A stretch of DNA of 63,769 bases, filler included, from Reticulomyxa filosa (Eukaryota > Protista > Foraminifera): assembly GCA_000512085.1 (NCBI GenBank). It is 18 parts of 18 records of this genome, joined end to end, with 100 filler letters (N's around TTAATTAATTAA, not from the genome) between each part and the next. Parts side by side here need not be neighbours in the genome. Positions count along the whole stretch, not along the records: positions 24,883 to 27,500 come from ASPP01001990.1; positions 27,601 to 28,814 come from ASPP01020830.1; positions 28,915 to 29,928 come from ASPP01025448.1; positions 30,029 to 31,352 come from ASPP01026046.1; positions 31,453 to 33,246 come from ASPP01023951.1; positions 33,347 to 35,669 come from ASPP01009787.1; positions 35,770 to 49,533 come from ASPP01023920.1; 11 more parts are not named here. One strand, given 5' to 3'. The notes under the pieces are model-generated. The model was given only the letters and a program-made list of their open reading frames with translations, did not search any database and was not told where the DNA came from. Below are positions 25,864-39,677 of this stretch, one piece after another (positions within the stretch are counted from its first letter, which is position 1; every line of letters starts with the position of its first letter). The position numbers were made by a program, and so were the translations under genes.

Positions 25864-26915
25864 AATGAAAGATAATGAAGCAAATGATTGCAGCAAATTC
25901 AAAAGACAAATAAAGATAGAAGTAAATTTGCTTCCCCTTGAGCAGTCCTGCTTTAATCACAATTTAAAAGATCATCTGGTCACAAATATGAATTACATTT
26001 TGATTTAGTTACTCAATTATTTCAGTCTATGAAACAAGAAATCCAATTGAAAGACAACCGAGTCAAACAAATGGAAAGAGATTTTCAACAAGAATTGCTT
26101 AAAAATTGTGCAGATATTGAAATAATTAAAAAAAGACTTCAATGACAAAGAAAAACAGATTTTATCTAATCACGAAAAAATTGTTAACTCATTTGAAGAA
26201 AAGAATGCCAAATGAACTCAAGATTACGAACAATTGGTTCAAAAATTAAATTTCAACACAAAGAAGAAGAAAAAGAAATAAACAAAAAAGAAATTAATTA
26301 GTCTTCTACTTTATTGTGTCACTAGTTTATGCATTTGATTTATTTCTTTCATCCAATTACTTAAAATATTCACTGGAAATACCGATCACATGTGGAGTAT
26401 TGATTGTTCAATATTTAATGATTGTCAATTCGTGTATGGGACGTTAATAACAACAAACAAATTCAATCGTTCAACAGACATTCAAGTAATGTGTATTGTG
26501 TAAAATTTTCATCATATCATTATCACAATCATCGTTGAAATGTCATTTATTCTTCATCACGTGACAAAACTATTCGTTTTTGGGATTTCAAGCATAATAA
26601 GCAATTGCAAATATTTAATGAACACACACACACACACACAAGATGTTTATGGCATTGAATTTTTACCATTTAATGATGGTCAATATTTGTATTCTGGATC
26701 TGGTGACAAAACAATTGGTCTATGGGATGTTGAGACATCCAATTCACTACATGTTCTCAATGGACACGAAAATACTGTTTAAAATGGAATATCATGTCTT
26801 AAATTTATTGGACTGAAAAAGAAAGAGAAGAGCAATAAAGAATGTAAAGAATAGTAAATATGATTTGAACTTGTGTTATGGCTCAGGTAATGGTCTCATT
26901 CGTATTTGGGGATAA
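25864..26915 (+). pseudogene. Coiled-coil + WD40 pseudogene, paralog of 57286-58660
   Basis: LLKIFTG...WSIDCSIFNDCQF, SSSRDKTIRFWDF, YLYSGSGDKTIGLWDVETS and CYGSGNGLIRIWG* are recognisable but broken by frameshifts, stops, a (CA)n expansion and an internal deletion. Confidence 0.85.
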
Positions 26916-28914
26916 TTTGCTTTTGTCCAGTAAGAAATAAAATGTTTTTTTTGAAAATATTGATTAAAAGAAAAGTAAAATGATATTAAACTTGTTTGAT
27001 TTTGAATGCAAACACCAAGGATATTTTTTTTGCTGTCTTACTTTGTTACTTGAAAAAAAATCCAAAAGCTGCGTTCAATGTTTAAAGATTTCAAGAGCAT
27101 AATCAATAGAAATTTTAGCCAATCAATTGTACTATCGGAATTGTGAAAGCAATATATTCTTCCAAATGTCACATTTTACAATATGCTTTTACATCACTTG
27201 GGTATATCGAATAAATTTGATTTACAAAAGCATTATCTTGAACAATGGTTAGCATTATAATTGAATAAATTTGTTTGGTAAAAAAAAAATGTTGAGTGCT
27301 CCAAACAAAAAAAATCTCAATGTACAAGATAATTAATTATTTTATAATAAAAAAAAAAATCTCAACGTATAAGTTCCTTTACAAAAGAGACTGAATTATC
27401 AAGATTTTTTGTCTCTGAGAGTGTAGCTTTGGCAGTCTTGAAATAGGCCGTATCACCAACATAAGTTAAAACTACTGCATCCGTATGCAAAAGTAATATG
27501 NNNNNNNNNNNNNNNNNNNNNNNNNNNNNNNNNNNNNNNNNNNNTTAATTAATTAANNNNNNNNNNNNNNNNNNNNNNNNNNNNNNNNNNNNNNNNNNNN
27601 CAACAACAACAACAACAATAACAATAACAATCCTGTTGCAAATAATGTTAACGACATTGTATTGGGCCCTGGTCACACTGTCTTGGAACTCGAACTTGCA
27701 AACGACAAGCAATATGCTGAGTAACAAATACAATTTGAACTAATTCATGTACCTTTTTCTTTTTTTTTTCTCTTTTTTTTTATTTGTTTGTTTCTTCTCC
27801 GTCTTGTCGCAGTCTTTTTTTTTTTTTTTTTTTTTTTTTTGGGTGGTGAATGAAAACAAACAGAATCGTGGTGAGTGTTTGTTGATAGTTGAGGCAAGGA
27901 GGAAAAAAAAAAGGGTACATCCAAAAATCCCCTCTCCTTCCCCCTGTCAGCGATTTTATCTTCTTTTGAGGTCGTTTGTAGATAATAGAGAAAAAAAATC
28001 ATTTTGTTTGCTTTCTTCGTTTTTCTTTTTGCAGCGCCTCACTTGTTTGTTGATTTTTCCTTTTCGCACTATTTTCTTCTGTCAAAGTAACTCTTTCCTT
28101 TATTTGAGTTCAACTTATATCTTAGAGAATCTCTGACCTTGCCAAATTTCACCGGACATGTTTGTTATTTATTCATAAGTTAGATTTTATAAAACTGAAA
28201 CAGTGTTTTTTAGTTTTACTTACATTGAACGATCTACAAATTTTCAAACACTCCTCACAACGCAAAATCATAAAGTTATAAAAGTCCAATGTTATAATAC
28301 TACATTTTTTGTTCCATATTTCCAATCACTTTTTTTTAATATGTAAAAATATTTTGAGATATTCAATCGATTTGTTATGTAAGAGCATACACAAAAGCCA
28401 AATAAGTGTATGATCGAATCCGAAAACAGCAAGGAATAAAAAAAACTTAAAGAAAGGAAAAAATTCAACAACAACACATGATTGCACGGTAGTAAGTCCA
28501 GCTCTGTGATGGCAACAAGAAGATCCAATTAAACTTCCAACTAAGTAAGCGTTGCCATGAAGTGTGAGTACTATCATTCTGCAATGATTTTGATGACAGA
28601 TGTTTGAAGGAATAATTTTATCCTATTATTTTTTTAGATATACATAAAAAAAAAGTTTTCGTTTGCACTAAAAAAAAAGAAAACTTGAAACCAAACTTCA
28701 TCAATCAGGTCTTCGATTCCTGAAATGAGAAAAATCAAGGAATGCGAGATCTCGTCCAATCCATTGCAAGTGACACTTGAGCGGCCATATTTGCACACAT
28801 TCTCGCAAATCATGNNNNNNNNNNNNNNNNNNNNNNNNNNNNNNNNNNNNNNNNNNNNTTAATTAATTAANNNNNNNNNNNNNNNNNNNNNNNNNNNNNN
28901 NNNNNNNNNNNNNN

Positions 28915-29928
28915 TGTTTGAAAATGAAATCAAAGAAGCAAGAAAGATAACAAATTTTATTATAATTGGTGGAGATTGGAATGCACATCATTCTGCTTGG
29001 CTAGACAAGAATATGGATGATATGGGGGAATCGTGATGGACTTTATCAATTTACAAATAATGAATTCCAGTCCATTTGAGTATACCTATGAAAAAGATGG
29101 GGTCAAATCATCAATTGATATCACTTTGTGCTCTGAATCAATCTCAAGATGGTGCAGTAATTGGATTTACATTCAGATCATTTTCCTATCACGTTCAATA
29201 TCAAAGCACATTGGTCATCTCCAGAAATTAAAAAACAAAAAATTGAAACGTGGAATTTGAGAAGCGATAAATGGGACTTGTATCGACAAATACTTGGAAA
29301 GAAATTGGAAGAATGGAGAAATAATACAATATGGTGGGACCAAAATAATCAACAATTATTAGATTTTGCTGTTGAATCTTGGACTAATTGTGTGGTGGAA
29401 TCAGCGAAACAAAGTATTGGAACAAGGATTATTTGGAAAGAGAATAAATCTTGGTGTAGTGATTCACTTTCCTTCAACGACTCAATACTCTTGATTAAAT
29501 ATTCTTGTTTCTCTTGTCTCAATTTTCTCTTTAATTGCATTGCTGCTCGCTTGTATCTCTTATAGTTTACTTCCGTTTTGTTTTTTCTATACGTCCTTTT
29601 CAATCGATGGACTTGTTTTCGTTTTCTGTGAGAGAACACAAGGAAATTGTTTTTTCAATTCAAGTCAATGAATTCGAACAAAGTTTCAATAATTCCCACA
29701 TTAGTAGAACCAGCAATTGGACAGATCAAGAAAAAGCAGAACTATTGGTATCGTGGTTCTCTCAACCTCCACAACCACCAAGTTATTTTGAAGATACGAA
29801 AGAACATTATCAAACGGTGGAAGATGAAATTACATCGGTGAGAAATGAAGAAATGAATTGTTATCCATTATGGAATGAATATGAAGCATTAAGATATATT
29901 TCATCCCACAAGGCCCAAGGACCAGATA
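28915..29928 (+). mobile_element. Decayed non-LTR retrotransposon (LINE) ORF2 fragment: APE endonuclease and linker
   Basis: IIIGGDWNAHHSAW, YTY...SSIDITLCS, SDHFPITF, a KSW(C)S linker motif and ISSHKAQGPD (KAPGPD motif that precedes RT); frameshifts present. Confidence 0.9.
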
Positions 29929-31579
29929 NNNNNNNNNNNNNNNNNNNNNNNNNNNNNNNNNNNNNNNNNNNNTTAATTAATTAANNNNNNNNNNNNNNNN
30001 NNNNNNNNNNNNNNNNNNNNNNNNNNNNCTTTTTCTTGATTTGACAAATAATGGACTGGTTTCTTGATCGTCGATCCAATTATCGACTGGCAAGACGTTA
30101 ATCTTTTTGTAACAAATGCGCACAACATGAGCTCTTTCGTGCACAAGTCAAATCGTAAAATATAGCAGCGGTACCCAAATATTGAGGCGAACAACACCAG
30201 TCCGATATGTTAAAATAATTGACAACCGAGTAAAAGATGACATGGACTGCATCTTGTCATCGTCATTTTAAGCATCACTGGCGCTGCGCTTGTCATTGTC
30301 ACACCTGGCAAGAAGTTCCATTGGGGGCGCATTATGTGAAATTAGTCCATGTACAAGCGCGCAAAGCCGCTACTCGTGGGCGTGAAAGGCGATTTCATAA
30401 CTGAAGTTGCAAATGATTTTTTTTTTTTTTTTTTAAATAATTTCAACGTGGTATCCTCGGACTCCTTTCTATTCATCATCACGTCTTCTTCCTTCTGTTT
30501 TCCTCTTCTTGCCTGCTGGTGATGTCGGCTTGAGTTTCCCCACCAAATTGAGTCAAGATATCGGAAGAAGATTTCAATGCGAGAGTGTCTTACTCGACTG
30601 ATCATATGTGATTATTTATTTCCTACAACATTCAAGTGTTTTTCTTTCATTCTACCAATCCAGTCGCTGCAGTTATTGCGATACCTCAATATCGACATCG
30701 TTTCCACTTTGAGAGATATTTTCGCGCTTTTTTTCTTTCTTTCTTCTTGACAAGCTCGCCTTTGTAGTCGTCGACGATTGAACTGGGACATTTTTTTTTT
30801 TCACTGTTCCGACGCAGGCACGAAATGGATACTTTCTAAATAATACATTCATGCACTATCGTCGCCCTTGTGAAAAAAAATACACTTTGGCCTTGGATGA
30901 TTGTTGTTGCTGGAAATTCTCGCATCTATCACCAATGTGTTCATTCGCCAATTTTTGGATTGTTGATCTCGGTGAGTGAGGATACCATTTGCATGTTCTT
31001 TTTTGGACGTATTTTCTGTTGTTCTTCTTTATCGCTTTCTTGAACGCCATCTAACACGTCGTCTGCCGAACTACCTCCATGACCGACTGTTGGCTGCTAA
31101 GATTATATGCGTTTTTCTGGCTCCATCGTTGCAAGACTTGTTTGCCTTGCGTTTGTCGAATAATGCAACAAGTTCTTATTTATTCACGAATTGTTAATGT
31201 TCAATGTTGCTTGCGAGCTTACGATTTCTTTCATTAGCACACACATGATCCAAAATCCAAATTTGCGCATGTGCGCACGCACGCTCACGACCAGTTTCGA
31301 CATGAGCGCTCGATTTTTGCGTTTGGATTGTTGTGTTTATAAAAGTAGCGCTNNNNNNNNNNNNNNNNNNNNNNNNNNNNNNNNNNNNNNNNNNNNTTAA
31401 TTAATTAANNNNNNNNNNNNNNNNNNNNNNNNNNNNNNNNNNNNNNNNNNNNTATGTATGTGGATATGTATACGTATACGTACATGTATGCACGTACATA
31501 CACTATTTTTTTTTTTTTGTTTTAAACAAAAAATAATGATCTCTGGCTCTGTTTTTTTTTTTTGGAGGGCACTTAGTGC

Positions 31580-32073
31580 ATGATAGGATTAGGACTGGTG
31601 TTATTATCGAATGTGCTGGCGACGATTGTGTTTTTATTTGGAAATGGAACAGGATCACTGAATGATGAAGCCGAAACACGATGTGCTGTGATGCAAACTA
31701 ACGATTTTTATGGCAACATTGTCCAGTGCCATTCCAAAGTCAAACATCAATTGTTTTGGGAAGTTTGCTTTGTATTAGTTATTTATATCATTGTTTCAGT
31801 TACGTTTTTTGTTTTTTTTTTTTTTTTTTGATTAGTTTACCAATTATATCTTTGTTTTTTTTTTCTTAGGCGATTGTAATTGGATTGACGTATCGCACAT
31901 ATTTGTTGGTCCTAGAAAGTCAGCCTGTCAATCCTACAGTCTCAATCAATGAAACTAGAAAGTCACTTTCCACCTTTATTAGTGGAAAAGAAAACACTGC
32001 AAAAGATAATGATCCTGATGTCATTTTTAGACAAAAGTCTTTGTCTTCCAAAAACAAAAAAAAGTCTGATTAA
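31580..32073 (+). CDS. 3' exons of a membrane protein, unknown family
   Basis: Hydrophobic segments, intron at about 31766-31870, stop at 32073. Confidence 0.45.
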
Positions 32074-32340
32074 TTTTTATTCCACCCCTTTTTTCCACAA
32101 TAGCCTCTCCTTCCAAGCGATAATATTTTTTTATGCTTTATTTTTTAATAAAAATTAAAGTCAAAGAAGCTCTTGTCTGGCAATTTTATTTTCCTATATA
32201 CAGATAAAACAAAAAAACAACTTTGAACAAAGTTAAAATTCAAATTCAAACTAAAACTCGCGTGGTGATAAAATGTAAACTTCAAAAAAAAAAAAAAGGG
32301 AAGCGGTTAATATAAGTGAACCGACAGGGAAAAGGAAATA

Positions 32341-33180
32341 ATGTTGAAATTATTACGAAATGAGCTGAAAGAATCTTCAGATGAAGAAGGTTCAGATTCG
32401 CAAAATGGTTCAGAAGATGAGGAATTATCAGATTTTAAAGAAGAGAACTTGGATGAGGAATTGGAAATGAAAGACGTGACAGAGGAGTTGGAGAAGAAGC
32501 AGACGAAGAGGCCAACAATGAGTGCTCAAGAATTGGGACGTGAGCGTATCCGTCTAGCAAAGAAGCAAGAAGCAAAGAAGGAAGAGTTGAAGTCGATTGT
32601 GGACAAAGCATTGCCACATGTCAACGAAAGGCCACGCAAAGCGCAATACGCCTTGAAGCAGCGAACGTTGATCTTTAGCACACGAGGCGTCAACCAACGA
32701 ATGAGACACTTAATGCAAGACTTGAGAGACCTTATTCCTCATAGCAAATCAGAGCCCAAATTTGAAGTTTTTTTTAAAAAAAAAAAAGGGAGATATTTTT
32801 TTTTTTAAAGTTTGAAATTTTCAACACTCGCAAATTCGAATTGCGAAATAACAATACATTACACTTTTTTTTTTTTTTTAAAAAAAAAAAAGTCAAAGAA
32901 ATCGCTGGCAGTAATAAACGAGATATGCAATGAGCGCAACTGCAACAATTGCATATTCTTTGAATCGCATCGACACACGGACTTGTACATGTGGCTATCG
33001 AGGATTCCCAATGGACCGTCGTGCAAGTTCCTGGTTTCCAATATCCACACCATGAGCGAACTGAAACTCACTGGCAACTGTTTGAAAGGGAGTCGTCCGC
33101 TTCTCATCTTTGACAAAAAGTTTGAGGACAATGTCCAATTCAAACTTTACAAAGAATTGCTCACACAAACTTTTGGTTAA
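32341..33180 (+). CDS. BRX1: Ribosome biogenesis protein BRX1 (Brix domain), 3' truncated
   Basis: QRTLIFSTRGVNQRMRHLMQDLRDLIPHSK, DLYMWLSRIPNGPSCKFLVSNIHTMSELKLTGNCLKGSRPLL. Intron at 32767-32892. Confidence 0.95.
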
Positions 33181-33981
33181 AAAAAAATTATTTTTTTTTT
33201 TCCCCCCCTTTTTTTATGTTTGTTGTTAAAAATAATTTTTTTTTAANNNNNNNNNNNNNNNNNNNNNNNNNNNNNNNNNNNNNNNNNNNNTTAATTAATT
33301 AANNNNNNNNNNNNNNNNNNNNNNNNNNNNNNNNNNNNNNNNNNNNGAGCTAATACTTTACTTCCTTCCTGACCTTTTTTTAAAAAAGCTCTTTTGGGGG
33401 CTACGGAAACAAAAAAAAAAAAAAAAAACTAAATTTTTTGTATCTTTTGCTAAATCCAACAGTTGTTAACATGTTCATCAGCACAAAATATTTGTATTTT
33501 AATTCTTTTGTTGATATGGTTTTTTTTTTTGCAAGTGGCAATTTCGTAACTGAACATAATGTTGCGTCTTCACTGTCCAAAGCTTTTAAGAATTATGAAG
33601 GGTTCCATTAGAAAAGACACTGTTTTTTTGCGAGGAGTTTTAAAAAGTAAACGGCATTAGTTTGCTTAATAGATAAATAAATATTATACAACAATATTAA
33701 CTATGAGAGTAGGAAAAACAATTTGAATCTTTTAAATGTACTTTCTAAAGTATAATAAAACTGCAGGTAGCTCAAAACAAAGTAATAAAAGGTAACACTG
33801 CATTGATTTATTCAAAAAAAATGAAAAGTGTTTTTGGTGAGGTTGCAAGGGCAAATAAATTGTATATACTTTTTTTTTTTGAGGTTTTTTTTTAAACAGT
33901 GGGCGGGTCTTTGAAGTCTCAAAGAAATTAATACTGTGAAGAAAAAAAACAACTAATAATAAAAGTAATAATAATAAAAAG

Positions 33982-34962
33982 ATGAAAGGAAAATTATGTA
34001 CCCCAGGTTCTGAGGCTGCCCCAACGTTGGTTGGAACGACGGCAGTAGTTGAAGTGATACTACTGCCCTTGCAGACGTATCTGTGTGGATATGTGTGGTA
34101 CAAGTTACGAAAAATAAAAGGAAGTACTCCAAAGATATTAATATTGTGTGCAGGCATGTATCATTGCCTGGTATGGTTATATGTATTTCAGTGGTTTATT
34201 GCCTCCGTAGTGGGTCGTGCAATGCTCGGAGCCTTCAAATGGAACGTATATTGTCCAGTCATTGAATTCATTGCTTGGTGTACACCTGTCGCTTTTTATT
34301 CGGTTTCCTTATTATTTTGGTTGCAAAGGCTAGGCAAGTGTGTTTGTATATGTGCAAATGGTACTCTTTTATTATTATTCTGATTGAAATGAGAGCAAAG
34401 AGATAAAGGGATACATGTACACACATTTGTGCAAGAAACTCTATATACGTATACATACATTGTATGTATGATATGTGTATGTGTACATATACATATGTAC
34501 ATATGCATGCAATTGTGCATGTGCGCTTCCAAAAAAAAAAAAAAAAAGAAAAAAGTGGTAGTATTTGGTAAGTCGTTTATGGCGATTGACATGAAAACAA
34601 AGTATGGTATTTATATGCTATTAATGACGGTGACGGTGGTATTGGGCGGTTTGGGAGTGTGGATAATGGTGACGAGCGATTGTGCGTTGAGAGTAAAAGC
34701 GCTCGATTTTGACCCTTTTGGGAAGCACGTATATTACGACTGCAAGACGGAGACCCTGCCGAGACTGTTGGTCGTGGCTCTGGGGGCCATTGTTACCTTT
34801 GGCTTGAATTGCATCATCGCATACATGTACATCTCACGATTGATGGAGACAGGTAGGTACGCACAAAGAATAGAGTTGGAAAAAGATATGGACGAAGATG
34901 ATCGACAAGTAAATGAGTCCAAAGAAGAGCCAAAGCTTATCAATAATAATAATAATAATAAC

Positions 34963-35000
<38 letters not shown>

Positions 35001-35604
35001 TAATAACAATAATAACAATAATAATAATAACAATAGTGACCACCCCATATTTGTATCAAAGTTAAATGAAAGACATGTTGTTCAGAATAGTGCGGAACAA
35101 GATGGAATTGACCATGACATTCGAATAGGCACGGATGTGGATGCGAATATTGGAGTGAATAATGACAACAAAGAGGAAACGACAGATGTGAAGACGAAGA
35201 TGATGGCGATACCTGCAATTGCTCCGGGCAATCGCTTGACTCTTGTCCCCACAGTGTCCTCCTCTTCCTCTTCGACGACTTTTGCATTCTCGTCGAAGCG
35301 CTCCGCGGAAATGATCGAACATGTGCGCAGGGCCTCTTTAATCGCCGTCACAAGCATTTTCAGCACCATGGTGATTCTCACCGTTGCCGCATGCGTCAAT
35401 CACGCCTACGTTCTTGTGCAAGTCGACGCCTTGCTCAATGGCATCCTCATTTGCTGCGCTTTCCAATTTGGTGACGACATTTATCATCTCTTATTCCGCT
35501 GTTGTCGTCACCGTATCACCAACACCTTTGTGCGACGAATCTCCATCCTCAATCTAGCTATGAGAACCAGTCGGTCTAGTCACCGTCCCTTTTCTCACTC
35601 GTGA
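33982..35604 (+). CDS. Seven-TM (GPCR-like) membrane protein with a poly-Asn cytoplasmic loop
   Basis: About 7 hydrophobic segments over two exons, with a long N-rich loop between TM5 and TM6; no specific family motif recognised. Confidence 0.6.
34942..35034 (+). repeat. (AAT/AAC)n coding microsatellite (poly-Asn)
   Basis: About 31 Asn codons in frame. Confidence 0.95.
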
Positions 35605-36036
35605 TTTTTTTTTTTCTTTTTCTTTTTTCTAAAAATTTAAAATCAATTTTTTTTTTTTAAAAAAAAAAANNNNNNNNNNNNNNNNNNNNNNNNNNNNNNN
35701 NNNNNNNNNNNNNTTAATTAATTAANNNNNNNNNNNNNNNNNNNNNNNNNNNNNNNNNNNNNNNNNNNNTTTCTAGTTTCTATTTACTTGTAAATCAAAA
35801 ATAAAAATTGTCTCGCTTCATTTCATAATACGAACTTCGTTTAATTTTTATCTTGCAAGGGTATGTAAAACAAAATTGTCACGCTTTTAAAAAATCGTAT
35901 CATTATTTTCAAGTATGAAATGACTCTCATCGACTCAAATAAATCTTTTTAAAAAGAATTAAAACTTATCACGTTCTTGTTTGTCGACAGTTAAAAAGGG
36001 GAAGAGATTTAAAAAAGTTCACAGCCAGAATATAAA

Positions 36037-37632
36037 ATGTCCTCTTCACCAATTGAAAGTTTGGAAAATTTTCTAAAAACACAAAAAAAAAAGCTTGAAA
36101 AAAGTTTGGAAAAAGAGAAGATAGTGTTAGTGCTTGGCAATGAAGCGTGTGATTTGGACTCAATGGTGTCGTCTCTAACTTGGGCGTATTTCCAACAAAC
36201 GCAAAGCAAGTCCACGACATTGCGCTATTTGCCAATCTTCAACATTCCACGTTCGGAAATTACTCTAAGAAAAGAGTCTGTGCACATCTTTGAGAATTTA
36301 TACGACAGAGGCAGTATATTGCCACATTGCATATTCATCAACGAGATTGGCATAGTCAGCAGAAGCGCGTTGCTCGAGAGCGTGCACCTGGTGGACCACA
36401 ACCTGTTATCAATATTCCAAGAAGATGAGTACGGACGTTTGGTGACCTATATGATCGACCATCACGTTGACAGCCACAAATACCAGACGAGTGTGCCCAC
36501 GTCACAGCGTGTGCTGAGTGATCATATAAGCAACACAACCAATGTGTTGTCACACATTCAAGTTTGCAAAAAAAAAAAAAGGAGTTGCTTTATATACATA
36601 TATGTATATATATACGTAGTTGTTGTTGTGGCTCTAGGGTTTGATTAAGAAAGAACAAAGACTCGGAGATGTACTCCCACCAGAACTGCTGTTTTTAAAT
36701 GCGTGCGCAATACTGTTGGACACGAATCATTTTGAGCGCAAAAATGCGAATGACGACGACAAGAAGATGTTCGCACAGTTGACGCAGCACTTGCAAAAGC
36801 ACTTGTCACAGCAGATGTCGAAATGGGTGAAGGAGGCGTTAGAAGATGTCGGACAATGGTACCAACAATTGATTCTCTTGAAAAGTGATATCACTGGATT
36901 CACGTTAGAACAGGTCCTCATGAAGGATATCAAATTCGAAAGTTCTCAAGCCTTTATTTTGGAGTGTCTTCGATCCCCGTGGCCTTTCGGTCCCAATAAC
37001 ATATTTATACACACACACATCTTTTTATGTTGCATTTGCTCGTGCAATGCTGCATACTTGGATATTTCATTACAGGATATGCTCACCGAAAGTGATTACA
37101 AGCAATCGATGAGAGGCATTGGTCAGCTTATTCATGTAAAAAAATCTCTGCCTTGGTCGTTTGCACCGCTTATTTGGAACAACCGCACAAATCTTTGCAG
37201 CGACAATTGGCCGTGTTTTCAAACAACTCGCAACTGTTTTCATACATTACGTCGTCTTTCATTCAGCTGCATGGCTTCAAGGATGACAATGAAAAGAGCA
37301 AGGATAAGGATAAAGATAAGGACAAAGATAAGGATAAAAACGAGGAGAAAAAAGAATCAACTACTCATGTGCAAGGATCAGAACAAGAGTCAGGACAAAT
37401 CGACTCCAATACGTCGTATACCATTTCATTGGATACTCCAAATTTGAACTTGCGACCTTTTTCAGTCAATCGATATCTCAACAATAAAGGAGCGTTTCCA
37501 TTTGAACTCCAACCTCCTCTCTGTTCGACCCAAACGTTCTTGCACTATCAGTTTTGGACTATGAACAACAAAAACTCTCGGAAGCAAGTCATACCTGTCT
37601 TGCGATCCATTCTCAAAAAATGTAAATTTTAA
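36037..37632 (+). CDS. Exopolyphosphatase PRUNE/PPX1 (DHH family)
   Basis: VLGNEACDLDSMVSS, LVDHN, IDHH, AILLDT, L.KD.K and C-terminal SRKQVIP. Confidence 0.92.
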
Positions 37633-38297
37633 CGTTTGTTTTCCCTTTTCAAGTGTTTCTTGCTAAATCTCTGTCATATGTGCAAAGGCAAGTGCAACAT
37701 GCATATGCTTGCCTACAATTAAAGATGTAATTGTGTGCATGATTTAAAGTAAATACTGTTCATTTTCCGGCAACAATTGCATTTGTGTTTATACAATAAT
37801 ATGTGCATCACTCCCATAAAAGATTGGTTTTCTTTCAAATAAAAAACAAAAATGTTGCAAAGAAAAAAAAAACATTGGAAAAAAAAAATGAATGGCAAAG
37901 GTAAATGAGATGTCAACTTTTGTGAAGCAAACGATTTTTGTTTTGTGAATTATCGAAACTCAACATAACAATAATCAACTTCACTCATTAAAAAAAAAAA
38001 AATTGAATACTCATTACCATTAGTATTAGTGTGCAGTCTTTTTGTCCGCACTCGGGTCCCCACCGAATAAATGGTATCATGTTCCGCTCGTTATTCTCGA
38101 GTCAAAAAGAAAGAAAGATGGATCTCACAAGACGGGAAAAACATAAACCAAAAAAAAAAAAAAGACCTCCCTCCCAAGAAGTACACAACAACAAATAATG
38201 CACACAACACAACAGATAATGCACAAAAGACGCAATCCGTACACATCAAAGGGGACGGAGAGAGAGGAATGAGAAGATGACAAATGAAAAAGCCTTG

Positions 38298-39677
38298 CTA
38301 CGAATGAAGTGACAAGACGGAATGCAAGTAAAGCGATTCTTTAAAGCATAAAGCGATGCATTGGAGTATGGTCAAGAGCGAAGACAAGACAGAAAGAATG
38401 AACCAAGCAAAATGGGATGCTTCATCATAAACAAATGGATATTTAAGAAAGACATAAGACTGTAAAATCAATTGCGGTACACTTTCAAGTGACACTTGTG
38501 CAAACAAAAGCCATAACAATTGTTTTTGAAATATATTCGATTTTTTTAAATTCTGTTTGATTTTCGTTTTCAAATTCAATTGCAAATGTACTTTCGAATC
38601 ATCATTGCTTTCCATTAGCTTAAATAACTTATTGCGATTTCCTCGCAATTCAAACAGCACCGGAGCATAATGCAACAAGACATTGCACCATATCAACGGG
38701 GTTACTATTGGGCATATCGTCACCAATGTCAAATCGAAACACCACCATTGACAGATACAACTCCATCCATCTATTCATTTTTTTTTTTCCCTTTCCTTAA
38801 TTCACTCCAAACTTTTTTCGAGACATACCTCAAAATATATGTATTAAAAAAAAGAATCCCATCAAAAGGGTGACGCAAAGCACAATGAACGTGCGTACAT
38901 GCATGTAGGTATATATATAAATAAATATATACATATATGTATATATATATATTTATATATATATTTATATATATATATATATGTGTACATTCAAAGTCAT
39001 CGTCTGGTCGAAGCGCTTCTCCGATGGGATAGCCCAGCACGGGTAGCATTCGGATAAAGTTCTTAACACCGTCGGACGAGTTGAGAAATACTGATTGATA
39101 ATTGCTTGTACCCAAAGCCACAACGACAATGGATCGAAAGTACAAGATCAAAAACGCAACTGACACCAATGCCGCTCTGGACACATCTTTGTTGGTGTCA
39201 TTGCCGTCACTGTTGTAACCATGTGTGGAATGACTGCTCAAATAAAAAAAAAAGGTCCATATATCCGCCGTTAATTCGAGGATCGGCAATAGTAATAGCG
39301 TTATTCTCAACAATAATTCGCTATCGTTCCATAACGGATTTGATTTACCCTCATTTTCTAATGCTGCATTGCTTGAGATGCTTCCTCCCGATTCCGAAAC
39401 TCTGTCATGCACGCGTGGTGCTTCATCTGTAATTGGATGTTTGCTGTCCTTGTTGTCCAGTAATTCCTTCCTCCCTCTCTCTCTCGATCTTTTTGCTTGC
39501 AGAAAAAACTGGACACAAATTTAGACTAGGATTACATATCTCACCTTGAGTCTCATTGAGATCATCCCCCAAAGAAATGTAATCTGAATGTGTTCGTCCC
39601 CTTCCATCCATGTGCTTTTTTTGTTGCCCAATAAAGCTTCCACTGAAACAAGTCCCACAAAGTTCAGAAAGGGTCAT
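38298..39677 (-). CDS. XK-related membrane protein (putative scramblase family)
   Basis: [16 protein letters not shown] first TM and [15 protein letters not shown] (XK ExxPQxxLQ signature), followed by SVLSSLLTI. Start position uncertain (39412 or 39677). Confidence 0.75.

Noticed and set aside
27601-28814. Possible minus-strand exons
   Set aside because: No recognisable motif or consistent exon chain; mostly homopolymer-derived ORFs.
30029-31352. GC-richer coding-like contig
   Set aside because: Probably exons of a low-complexity protein on the minus strand, but I could not establish a frame or family.
34734-35287. Poly-Leu, poly-Ile and poly-Tyr ORFs
   Set aside because: Antisense translations of the (AAT)n microsatellite.
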